The position numbers were made by a program, and so were the translations under genes. The notes below the pieces were generated by a model that saw nothing but the letters and a program-made list of their open reading frames with translations, did no database searches and was not told where the DNA came from. From an uncultured Gemmatimonadales bacterium (lineage in GTDB: Bacteria; Gemmatimonadota; Gemmatimonadetes; Longimicrobiales; RSA9), in NCBI GenBank assembly GCA_963783305.1, contig CAWAMW010000005.1, positions 1 through 20,601 of the forward strand: a stretch of 20,601 nucleotides of DNA, given 5' to 3'. Of this stretch, positions 8,710 through 17,469 are shown piece by piece. The first letter of the stretch is position 1, and each line of letters begins with the position of its first letter.

Positions 8710-10299
8710 CTACCGCGCGGGGGTGGGGGCCATGGGCTGGCTCGCTGCCAGTGCCTGGTAGTCGATCTTGTCGGTGGACGTGCGGGGGAGGGCGTCGACG
8801 AACTCGAAGGCGTCCGGGACCATGTAGCGGGGCAGCCGCTCGGCGCTGTACCGCTTCAGGCCGATCACCCCCAGCTCGGCCGCCGGCCGTGGGGCGACGA
8901 CCGCCCGGATCCGGACGCCCCGGTCGGTCGCGCTCGACACCACCGCCACCTCGGCGATGCCGGGGTGGGCACTCAGGCCGGCCTCGATCTCTCCCAGCTC
9001 GATGCGGTAGCCGCGACGTTTGACCATGCGGTCGCGCCGGCCGTGGAAGACGTAGACGCCGCCCGCCTCCTCCACCACGAGATCGCCGGTGCGGTACCAG
9101 CGCTCGTCGCGCTGATCGAGGAGGAACGCGCGCGCGTTCTGGTCCGGGAGGTTCCAGTAACCGGACATGACTCCGGGACCGGCCACGACGAGCTCTCCCT
9201 CCGCGCCAGCCCGAACATCCCGGCCGCTCGCGTCCACGACCCTTCCGCGCAGGGGCGGACACATGGCTCCGATCGGGTACGGCTCGACGCGTCCCTCGGG
9301 GACGGGGGTCGGGACCTCGTAGTACGTGCAGACGTTCGTCTCCGTGGGCCCGTACAGGTTGTAATAGCGCGGGTCCGGCAGCAGCCCCGTGAGCTCTCGC
9401 AGCTGCGGGACCGGAAACACCTCACCCGCGAACAGGACCAGCCGCAGCGCGCTCAGGTCCAGGCGTTCCATCTTCCCATGGCTCGCCAGCAGGCTGAGGA
9501 TCGACGGGGTCGAGTACCAGACCGTGATCCCCTCCGCGGCGATCATGGGCGCGAGCCTGAGCGGGTCCTTGCCCAGCTCATCGCCGATCAGGACGAGGCG
9601 AGCGCCGTGCTTGAGCGAGACGAAAACGTCATGGATGGAGAGGTCGAAGTGCAGGGGCGCATGGGAGGAGTACACGTCCTCCGGCCGCGGAGAGAACTTC
9701 GCCGAGCACCAGTCGATGAAGCAGCGGGCCGCGCGGTGCGTCAGCATGACGCCCTTGGGCCGGCCGGTGGATCCCGACGTATAGAGGATGTACGCGAGGT
9801 CCTCGGGGTCCGATTCGGCGGTGGGCACCGAGGGCGCCGGGTCCTCCGCCTCCCAGGCGTCGAGGGCGTCGCGCAGCGGTGTGCTGGAGGCCTCGAAATC
9901 CAGCGCCCGCAGCGGCAGCTTCCGCCCCGCGGAGTCGAGTGCCCGCCGCAGCGGATCGACCAGCCGCCGCTCCACCAGCGCGACGGCGACATCGCAATCC
10001 GCCATGATGTAGGCGCAGCGCTCGGCAGGCGCCTCCGGGTCGATCGGAACGTACGCCGCGCCCGCCTTCAGGATGCCGAAGATGGCGGCAACGGCGTCCA
10101 CCGACTTCCGGACGTGGAGAGCGACGCGGTCACCCGGGCCCACGCCGACGGTGCGCGAAGCCGGTCCCGCATCGCGGCGGAGAGCTCATCGAGCTCACGG
10201 TACGAGAGCTGGGCGCCACTCCGGCTCCCCCACGGCGATTCTCCCCGCGTGCCGGGTCGCCGCGTGCCGCAGCAGCGTCTGGAGCGGGCGCCGGGTCAG
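8710..10299 (-). CDS. Stand-alone amino-acid adenylation enzyme (PltF/RedM/AnaC/DltA-like); two compensating frameshifts near 10220 and 10152; start approximate
   Basis: Core motifs LAYILYTSGSTGRPKG, HFDLS, FAGE, NLYGPTETNVC, YRTGD, GRRDRMVKRRGYRIELGEIE, LPRYMVP and KIDY. The N-terminal LQTLLRHAATRHAGRIAV and the A1 motif QLSYRELDELS lie upstream in alternating frames. Confidence 0.88.
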
Positions 10300-10556
10300 G
10301 CACTGGGCGCCGGCTGCTTGGAGCGAACGAGTCGCTCGATGGACTCGAGCGTGCCGAGGTTCTCCGCGCCCACGTCATTGGCGCCCAGCTCGATTCCGAA
10401 CCGCTCCTCCAGGAAGGTGACCAGCTCGAGCGTGGCGAGGGAATCGATGATCCCGCTCCGGATCAGCTCCGTCGATGGTGTGAGGTTCTGCGGATCCTCC
10501 CCCTGCAGGAAGTTCTCGAGAAGAAACGACTTGACCGGTCCTTGCACATCCGTCAT
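10296..10556 (-). CDS. Acyl/peptidyl carrier protein (PltL/RedO/DltC-like), 86 aa
   Basis: GGAGG RBS precedes ATG 10556. The phosphopantetheine site is GIIDSLATLELVTFLEERFGI. Confidence 0.9.
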   Translation of the reverse strand: MTDVQGPVKSFLLENFLQGEDPQNLTPSTELIRSGIIDSLATLELVTFLEERFGIELGANDVGAENLGTLESIERLVRSKQPAPSA

Positions 10557-13174
10557 TAGCCCTCCGGATCGTTGAGTGTATGTGCTAGTCGCGACGTCTC
10601 CAGCAGACCCGACTCGCTGCAGCTCCTGGTGCAGGCGTTCTGCGATCAGCATGGCCGGCGGCGCTTGGATGGTTGTCCCAGGGCGCCACCCGCATGCGCT
10701 CGTGGTCGAGCCCATCGAACACGTCGAAGAGGTGCAGGACCGTCGTACCCGGCATCGAATCCGCCTCGGGCTCCGGCGGCAGGGTTCCCAGATCTTCCAC
10801 CACCGTCGGCAGAGCGAGCAGAGCGCCCACGACTCCGGCCTTGCGGATTCGCCGCGCGGTTTCCTGAACCGCCCACACGTTGATTGCGTCCGCCCTCGTT
10901 GCGCTCGGACCACGCCTCTTCCCGGGGCATGCTGACGCTATCCCCAGCGCCCCCGCCGCGGCCCGTAGCGGACGGAATGGTATGGGGACTCCGTCGCGGG
11001 AAAACGCAGTCAGACCCACATCCTTCAGGATGCTCTCGAGGCCCGGGATAAGGGATCTCACTCCGTCAAAGGAGACGCCAGGAGATGAACCACACGGCCT
11101 TGCCCCGTGATTGGTCGTCGTGAATACGACGAGATCCGGATCGAAGTCCAGGACGCGGTCATCCAGCAGAGCCAGCTGCTGCGTCAGCGCATACGTCGGG
11201 AATTCCGAAATTCAGGACCTCATAGCGGGGGCCGGCTGCGGATGCGGCGTTGAGGCGGTCCTCCAGCACCGCGGAAAAGACCTCGTCGTCCTGCACGTGT
11301 GCGCCCATGACGTGGGACGGACCAAGGACGGCGATACGGATGGTGTTCGCCGGCTTGCCTTTGGTACGATCCCGGTCCCGCATGCCCCACCGGTTGGTGC
11401 GTGAACGGGACGCCGTCCCATTCGACCTGCATGGACGGCTGCAGGTCGACCACAGGAAATCCTCCCGCCACCGCCTGAGGCCCACCTCTGCCCCGATCTT
11501 CCAATCCGGCGGCTGGGCCGCGACCGCGGCTGCCCACAGGTCGGCGCTGAGACGACTCGGGTTGTCGAGCTTCTCGTAATAGCCGCGATGCTGGAGCTCC
11601 GCGTCCCGGGCGTTCAGGGCGGGCGTTCTGAGCGTCGAGACCACGCCGGCGAGGCGCGGCGAATTCTCCTCGTAGCGGTCGGTCTGGGCCACCGCCAGCA
11701 GCAGGACCAGCGTGAGGGCGGCGCGTACCGCCGGCTGGAGCAGCCATGGCCGCCTCCCAGCGTCCCCGGTCGTCGCCGCTCCCCAGTTGCGACCGGATAC
11801 GACGAGCCCCGCGAAGAGCAGCCCCACCAGGAGGGAAAGGTCCGCCGGTCCGGCGTGCAGGCCCGCGCGCCAGATCCACAGCCACTCGATGATGGACTCG
11901 CTGCTCCACAGCGACCAGAGCACGCACAGTACGGTGAAGGTGCCGACCGTGCGGACCGCCCGGGAGGCGCTCCACCCCCGCGCGCTCAGGGTGCGGGAGC
12001 GCGGCTTCCGCATCTCCTTCAGGGAGGCCCGCACCACGAGCACCCCGAGGAGGCCCCAGAACAGGAGGTCCTGGGCCGTCAGCGGGAACCCGCCCCGCAG
12101 CCAGAACCACTGGTAGGAGTGCAGGAACCAGGTGGCGAAGAAGACGATGATGGTCGACGCGACCAGCGCCCGCTCGGTGCCCCAGCGCCGGAGGCGGAAG
12201 AAGCTGGGGTAGTACACCAGCTTCATCATGAAGTCTTTCCAGTAGATGTTGATCCGGCGCCAGAAGTCGGTGAAGCCTGTCGCCAGGTAGTAGAGATGGT
12301 GCGTCTCCGGCAGTCGGAACCCGAAGAGGTAGAGCACGCCGATGATCAGGTGGAAGGAGCCGGAGACGCGCAGGTACAGGAGGAACGTCCCGAGCAGGAA
12401 CTGCAGCAGGTCGGTCAGGTTCACCAGCGCGGTGGCGTCGGTCACCACGAACTGGTAGACGAACCGGTAGAGCACGAGCTGGAGCAGCCCGCGGGCGATC
12501 CACTGGACGCCGACCTCGTAGATGTCGAGCTCGTCTTCGTCGTAATGATGGCGCTCGAAGGCGGTGTAATCGACGACGGGGTACAGCGGGAAGACCAGGT
12601 TGGGCAGCATGAAGAAGTACGCCAGCGTCCGGGACAGGCTGAACTCGAAGCCCTCCTGGCGGATGGCGTGCATGTACAGGGCGAGGCGGAACATGAACAT
12701 CGAGCCGAGGATCGGCCAGATGACCGCGTTCCAGCCGAGCGGCAGAACCTCGGCGCGTCCCAGCGCCAGCACCGCCCCCAGCCCCGCCAGAACGGCCACG
12801 CGGTAGCCCCAGCGGATCGGCAGGTGGCAGGCCGCGATCAGCAGCAGCCCCGATCCCAGCAGCGCGGCTCCGCCCGCCCAGCCGAACGCCACCATGGCAC
12901 CGGCCATCGAGAGGATCGCGAAGAACGGAAGACGGAGCGAGAGCGGCAGCATCGCGTGCACGGCGAATCCCGCCACCGCCAGCGCCGTGATGTTGAAGAA
13001 CGTACGGCTCTCGAGCTGGTACGTGTGGATCACGAGCAGGACCAGCAGGAGCTGTACAGCGATCGATGCGTAGCGAACGGCGCTCGCACTGACCGCAAAG
13101 CTCTGGACACGCGACTCGACGGAGACCGCCTCGCCGTTGGCGAAGACGGTTTCCCGCTTCAGCGAGGGGGGCAC
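10556..13174 (-). CDS. MBOAT-family O-acyltransferase fused to a C-terminal SGNH-like domain; several frameshifts in the 3' third
   Basis: GTG at 13174 has AGGAG upstream. The multi-TM region carries MBOAT motifs YLATGFTDFWRRINIYWKDFM and FFATWFLH (catalytic His position). SGNH motifs follow: NRWGMRD, RIAVLGPSHVMG, EVLNFGIP/TYALTQQ, FDPDLVV and WDNHPSAAGH. The probable stop is a TAA overlapping the carrier-protein ATG (TAATG). Confidence 0.8.
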
Positions 13175-13250
13175 TGAGCAGACTCCTGGGATACCGGATG
13201 AGAGCGTGCGCGCCGGGGGGGCGGCACACACGGGGGTGCCCTCCACTGCT

Positions 13251-13266
13251 TGCAGGGCAGAGGCCA
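13251..13266 (-). promoter_or_regulatory. Putative sigma54 promoter of the MBOAT operon
   Basis: Minus strand TGGCCTCTGCCCTGCA fits TGGC-N8-TGCA, ~78 nt upstream of GTG 13174. Confidence 0.5.
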
Positions 13267-13377
13267 TGAACCGGCCGTTCCCGCGGCGTCCCCGGGTTTA
13301 GGAGGAGAAGAGCGCTGCTGTCAGCGGGGTACGCGCCATCCGTGGCTGGTGGAGGACCGACGGTCTCGATCTACACC

Positions 13378-13395
13378 TGTTGCGCGCTTGCCACA
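13378..13395. promoter_or_regulatory. 18-bp palindromic box
   Basis: TGTTGC-GCGCTT-GCCACA, ~113 nt upstream of the sigma54-like site. Confidence 0.55.
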
Positions 13396-13548
13396 GAAAG
13401 GCTGAAGTGGGGAACGGTGTGAGACCTTTGGCGGGCGCGGGCTTCAGGTCCCGGTCGTCCCGCGTCAGGGAATCTTTCTCGCCAGCGCCGGCCCAGGCCG
13501 GTTCGTCAGCGCCAGAGTCGGTGCCAATCACCTCCCCGGGGCCAAGGA

Positions 13549-13582
13549 AGGCGCCCGACTCTCTTGCGAGAACCGGGCGCCT
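13549..13582 (-). terminator. Stem-loop downstream of the second PEP-CTERM gene
   Basis: AGGCGCCC...TCTC-TTGC-GAGA...GGGCGCCT inverted repeat ~50 nt past the stop. The U-tract is poor. Confidence 0.35.
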
Positions 13583-13633
13583 CGGGGAAGCGGCAGGCTC
13601 AGGTGCCTCCCGCGGCCCAACCCATCCTGGCGG

Positions 13634-14431
13634 TCAGCCGAGGTCGCCGGCGCGCCGCCGCCGCGAACGCACTCCCGCAATACCGAGGAGACCGGTGCCC
13701 AGCAGCAGCAGCGAGACCGGCTCGGGCACCGGGACCTGTGCGGCTTCGGCGCTCGCCCAGTGCGTCGTGTACTCCTCACCGAAATGGTATGCCTCCACGA
13801 AGACGTTGCTCAGCCCGACCGTCTCCGCACTGAGGACGCTGGCCTGGAGCGCGCCGTTCACGTAGTAGCTGAACAACGAGTCGCTGGCGTCGAATGCGAT
13901 CTGGAGCGAGTTCCAGGCGTTGTAGACGGGCGCGGCGCCCAGGTCGATCCACGCGCCGGTGTTGACCTCGTAGCCGCGGAACATGCCCGCGCCCGACGAG
14001 TTCGAGAAGCCGATGATCGGGTAGGCCGAGATCTCACCCCCGCCGTCGACGGCGGCGCCCCAGATGCTGGGGGCGCGGTACCCATTGCTGCCCAGCGCCC
14101 ATGACTCATCGAGCCAGAGGTCCGCCGAGATCGTGAAGCTGCCGGTGATCGACGTGTCGTACTTCCGACCGTGATAGTTCCACCAGCTTTCGCTCTGGTG
14201 GTCCTCCTCCACGAGGCCTACGGCGAGGACATCGTCCCGGCCCTGGAACGTGCCGACGTTCTCGAAGCTGTTGGGCGCGTACCGGTCCGTGTACCAGACA
14301 CCGGGCGCCTGCGTCTCACCGGTAATGACCGTTTCGAAACCCGGCATCGCCTCCTGGGCCGATGCGCCGGTTGCGATCAGAAGGCCGCTGGCCGCCAGGA
14401 AAACAACTGCTGGTTTGACATACTCTAGCAT
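13634..14431 (-). CDS. PEP-CTERM sorting-domain protein, possible ConA/lectin-like beta-sandwich
   Basis: GAGGAG RBS precedes ATG 14431, followed by the signal peptide MLEYVKPAVVFLAASGLLIATGASA. The body is aromatic-rich (WNSLQIAFD, FSYYVNG). The C-terminus is VPVPEPVSLLLLGTGLLGIAGVRSRRRR. Confidence 0.9.
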   Translation of the reverse strand: MLEYVKPAVVFLAASGLLIATGASAQEAMPGFETVITGETQAPGVWYTDRYAPNSFENVGTFQGRDDVLAVGLVEEDHQSESWWNYHGRKYDTSITGSFTISADLWLDESWALGSNGYRAPSIWGAAVDGGGEISAYPIIGFSNSSGAGMFRGYEVNTGAWIDLGAAPVYNAWNSLQIAFDASDSLFSYYVNGALQASVLSAETVGLSNVFVEAYHFGEEYTTHWASAEAAQVPVPEPVSLLLLGTGLLGIAGVRSRRRRAGDLG

Positions 14432-14542
14432 TGATGCTCCTCGAGGTGGGGGAGGTGAGTACCTCCCTCGCGTGATTCCTCTCATAATGGTCGCCGCGTC
14501 TTCACGACGGCGCCGCCGCTCTGCGGCGCGCCGCCCGAGGCT

Positions 14543-14558
14543 GGCAACTACTGGACCT
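14543..14558 (-). promoter_or_regulatory. Weak sigma54-like promoter candidate
   Basis: Minus strand AGGTCCAGTAGTTGCC fits GG-N10-GC with TTGC, but the -24 context is poor. Confidence 0.3.
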
Positions 14559-14560
14559 GT

Positions 14561-14578
14561 TCTGACCGATCGGTCAGA
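14561..14578. promoter_or_regulatory. Perfect 18-bp palindrome, candidate repressor operator
   Basis: TCTGACCGATCGGTCAGA equals its own reverse complement and is intergenic. Confidence 0.5.
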
Positions 14579-14642
14579 CCGACTGTATCGCTCGCTCCTC
14601 CAACGGGTTGCGTCGGTGCTGGCGGTGGTGAGGACATCGCGG

Positions 14643-14660
14643 TGTGGCTGGAGCGCAACA
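14643..14660. promoter_or_regulatory. 18-bp palindromic box
   Basis: TGTGGC-TGGAGC-GCAACA upstream of the second PEP-CTERM gene. Confidence 0.55.
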
Positions 14661-14740
14661 CGCGATTGCTGCATCAATGCACCGCAGGCCCCTCGCAGGG
14701 CGACGGCCGGTTGAGGATCCCGATGGAAGTCCAGCGAGGG

Positions 14741-15802
14741 TCACGCTTTCCCGCTCCGGCGCGAGGCCACCAACGCCGGAAACCCCACGAGGATCTCGAG
14801 GAGGCGGGTCGCGCCCCGGAGCCTGCCGCCTGACGTGGTCAGGGCCCGCAGGTACCACCGCAGCGCTTCGCGAATGCGTCCGTGCTTTCGGCTGAAATCA
14901 CCCCGGTACACCGTGCGTTTCCCGATATATGTTCGTATGAGTCTCCGCTGCTCGGCCGGGAAGAAATCGGCGCCGGCGTGGTGTCGGAGCACCCGGATGT
15001 CCCATTCGAGCTGCCTGGAGGTCCAGTCGAAGCGACTGGCGTGGTCCGAGTTTACGTGGACGAGGGTCAGGGGCGCCCCAATGTACACCATGCCCGCCGT
15101 GAACGCCATCCGCAGCGCGATATCGAAGTCCTGGGAGCGAGTGAATTGGGGGTTCCAGCCTCCCACTTTCTCGACCAGTGCCCGATCCACGAACTCCGTG
15201 CTGGGCCAGATCGGATACCCTCTGAGCAGGGCCTCCATGGCAGCTTCCGGAGCGAACCGCCGGACCCGGAGCCCGTCCACGGCGGCCTCTTCACCCGGCC
15301 ACCGCTCGATCCAGGAGAAGATCTCCGTATTCGTGAGGGGCATGAACCGGTCCGTATCATCCATGTACCTGCGGAAGTCGGAAAAGAGGAAGGGGGGCCA
15401 GCCGAGCGCCTCCGCTACCGACCCGAAGACCTCGAGCTTGTTCGGCACCCACGTGTCGTCGGCGTCCAGGTATGCGATGTACCGGGAGGACGCGGCTGCG
15501 TCACCCGCATTTCTGGCCGCCGCGGCGCCGCCATGGCCGGAAGAAACCACGGTCACCGCCGGTGAGAAGGCCGCCGCCCGGGTCGCGGTGTCATCCTCCG
15601 ACCCATCATCGCTCACGATGATCTCGTCGGGCGGACGCGTCTGCGCCAGCACGCTTGCGAGTGCCCTCTCAATGGTTCCGGCCGCGTTGTACGCGGGGAT
15701 CACCACGACGATCGACAGGTCCGACGCCGGCGACGTGGGGGAAGGCCCCTCCTGGCCAGCGTGTTCCGCGCCGCTGCGGCTTTCTCCCTCGGCGGATCGC
15801 AT
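14741..15802 (-). CDS. Glycosyltransferase family 2
   Basis: Motifs VVIPAYNAAGTIERALASVLAQT, IIVSDDGSED, GAAAARNAG, YIAYLDADDTW and SQDFD. Start taken at ATG 15802, which is uncertain. Confidence 0.9.
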   Translation of the reverse strand: MRSAEGESRSGAEHAGQEGPSPTSPASDLSIVVVIPAYNAAGTIERALASVLAQTRPPDEIIVSDDGSEDDTATRAAAFSPAVTVVSSGHGGAAAARNAGDAAASSRYIAYLDADDTWVPNKLEVFGSVAEALGWPPFLFSDFRRYMDDTDRFMPLTNTEIFSWIERWPGEEAAVDGLRVRRFAPEAAMEALLRGYPIWPSTEFVDRALVEKVGGWNPQFTRSQDFDIALRMAFTAGMVYIGAPLTLVHVNSDHASRFDWTSRQLEWDIRVLRHHAGADFFPAEQRRLIRTYIGKRTVYRGDFSRKHGRIREALRWYLRALTTSGGRLRGATRLLEILVGFPALVASRRSGKA

Positions 15803-15971
15803 CCAGGAATCCCCCAGCACGCTGTCTCCTCCCCGGAACGGAATGAATCGCCTTGAACCGCCATGATGTCTTCCGACGAGCCGCACCGAAAGCTGGGGCC
15901 GCTCCCTGCCTGGCGGTGGTCTCACCCTCCGTTTACGTTCTCCACTTCTCGTACGCCCAGACTATCACCGC

Positions 15972-16994
15972 ATGATCTTCTTCCTTTCCACGAAGTGGAA
16001 CCGTCACCCGCTGGACACGTACCTTGCCTCCTGGGGCCGGGAGTATTGTGCCCTGATCCAGCCGCTCGCGTACGAGGCCCTTTTTTCGAGCAGCCGCATT
16101 CGCCCGGGTGTGTACTTCTTCGCGGACCTGGAGCTCCTGTCGGAGCGGCAGCGGGAGCAGGCGGGCGAAATACGCCACGAGCTACGCCGGCGGGGGAATA
16201 GGTACGTCTCCTTCAACGACCCCGTGAATTCCTTCAGGCGCTATGACCTGTTGACGACGCTCCGCGAGACCGGCATCAACGAATTCTCGGTGTTCCGGCC
16301 CGGCGATGACCTCGAGACGCTGCACTACCCTGTCTTCCTGCGGTACGAGAACGACCATGAAGGTGCTCGGGGTGACATGATATGGGGTCCGACCGAGCTG
16401 AATGAGACGCTGGAGGAGGCGCGGACGTCGGGGGAGGAGGACGGCTGGCTCATTACCGAGTTCTGCGACACGTCCGATTCGGACGGCGTATTCCGCAAGT
16501 TCTCGGCGTTCCTGTTGGACGGTCGGGTGATCCCCCGACACGTCTTCTTCAGCCACGACTGGTCACAGAAACGAGCCGACATCGAGCGCGCGGATCTACT
16601 TGCGGAGGAGGAGGAGTACGTCCGGACGAACCCTCATGCGCAACAGATCAGGGAGGTCTTTCGGCTGGCCCGGATCGACTATGGCCGGATCGACTACGGC
16701 ATCCGGGGGGGCAGAATCCAGGTATGGGAGATCAACACCAACCCAATGATCCTGTCCTTCGATTCCGCGCGTCCGGGTCCGCGCCTTCCGGTGCACCGCC
16801 GGTTCGCGGACGCGATACGCCCAATCTGGGAGGAGCTGGGGAGTTCGGAGGCCGGGAGGAGCAGGGAGAGCTACCCGCGCCAGCGCGCCCTGGCGGCTCT
16901 CTATCGTTATCGGGACACGCCGACAGCACCGGCCCTGGGGCGCTGGCTGGCTGGAAAGGCGACGGCAGGTCTCAACGCTCTGGATGCTCTCTGA
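15972..16994 (+). CDS. Hypothetical protein with ATP-grasp-like motifs
   Basis: Protein-like composition, with YPVFLR, WLITEFCD, FRKFSAFLLDG and DYGRIDY...IQVWEINTNP (D...ExN signature of ATP-grasp enzymes). Confidence 0.72.
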   Translation: MIFFLSTKWNRHPLDTYLASWGREYCALIQPLAYEALFSSSRIRPGVYFFADLELLSERQREQAGEIRHELRRRGNRYVSFNDPVNSFRRYDLLTTLRETGINEFSVFRPGDDLETLHYPVFLRYENDHEGARGDMIWGPTELNETLEEARTSGEEDGWLITEFCDTSDSDGVFRKFSAFLLDGRVIPRHVFFSHDWSQKRADIERADLLAEEEEYVRTNPHAQQIREVFRLARIDYGRIDYGIRGGRIQVWEINTNPMILSFDSARPGPRLPVHRRFADAIRPIWEELGSSEAGRSRESYPRQRALAALYRYRDTPTAPALGRWLAGKATAGLNALDAL

Positions 16995-17469
16995 CCCATT
17001 CCGTGAGATCCAGCTCCAGGACCACCCACTGATCGATTTCCGGCAGGCTGAACTCGTGCTTCTTCGGGTTGGTCCCGACCTGCCTGTAGCCGAATTTGTC
17101 CATGTACCATCGGATTGTCTCCGGACGATCGGTCTCCGTTCGCACCCACCGCACGCCCCGTCGCCACATCGCTCTCAGGCGTGCTGCCTGAAGGCGATAC
17201 CCGAGTCCCAGACCGCGGCATTCCGGGTCGACGGCCAGACTCGCCGTTTCGCCGACATCGCCTCCGAGCATCAGGTAGCTGGCCGTCCCCACCACCCGCT
17301 CCCCCCGTTCCGCCACGAAGGACTGATCGATCACCAGGTCCGTGCGCTCCGCATCCGGATCCCCCGGCCGCGGAGCCATGTTCCACTTCTCCAGAACCGC
17401 CATCGCTGCTGGCACATCCGATTCCCGCATGGGACGGATGATCACCTCCTCGTCCTCTCGTGCCGTCAT
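16972..17469 (-). CDS. GNAT family N-acetyltransferase
   Basis: IIRPMRESD, FVAE..ERVVG, motif A LAVDPECRGLGLG and WYMDKFGY. Its ATG overlaps the upstream stop (ATGA). Confidence 0.9.
   Translation of the reverse strand: MTAREDEEVIIRPMRESDVPAAMAVLEKWNMAPRPGDPDAERTDLVIDQSFVAERGERVVGTASYLMLGGDVGETASLAVDPECRGLGLGYRLQAARLRAMWRRGVRWVRTETDRPETIRWYMDKFGYRQVGTNPKKHEFSLPEIDQWVVLELDLTEWVREHPER

Noticed and set aside
7859..9262. 467-aa ORF suggesting a long N-terminal extension of the dehydrogenase
   Set aside because: The first 189 codons are an off-frame reading of the adenylation gene. The real start is ATG 8695, behind a purine-rich RBS.
10296..10913. Apparent in-frame fusion of the SGNH tail to the carrier protein (205-aa ORF)
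   Set aside because: The carrier protein has its own GGAGG RBS and a TAATG stop/start overlap. One extra G in the GGG near 10608 explains the read-through, so it is most likely an indel artefact.
1889..13177. Long antisense ORFs (e.g. 1889-3616, 4771-6249, 8581-10575, 11588-13177)
   Set aside because: These are shadow frames of high-GC genes, with no family motifs, lying opposite well-supported CDSs.
13175..13267. ORF-track start (ATG 13267) for the MBOAT gene
   Set aside because: It overlaps the sigma54-like element and lacks an RBS, whereas GTG 13174 has AGGAG at suitable spacing.
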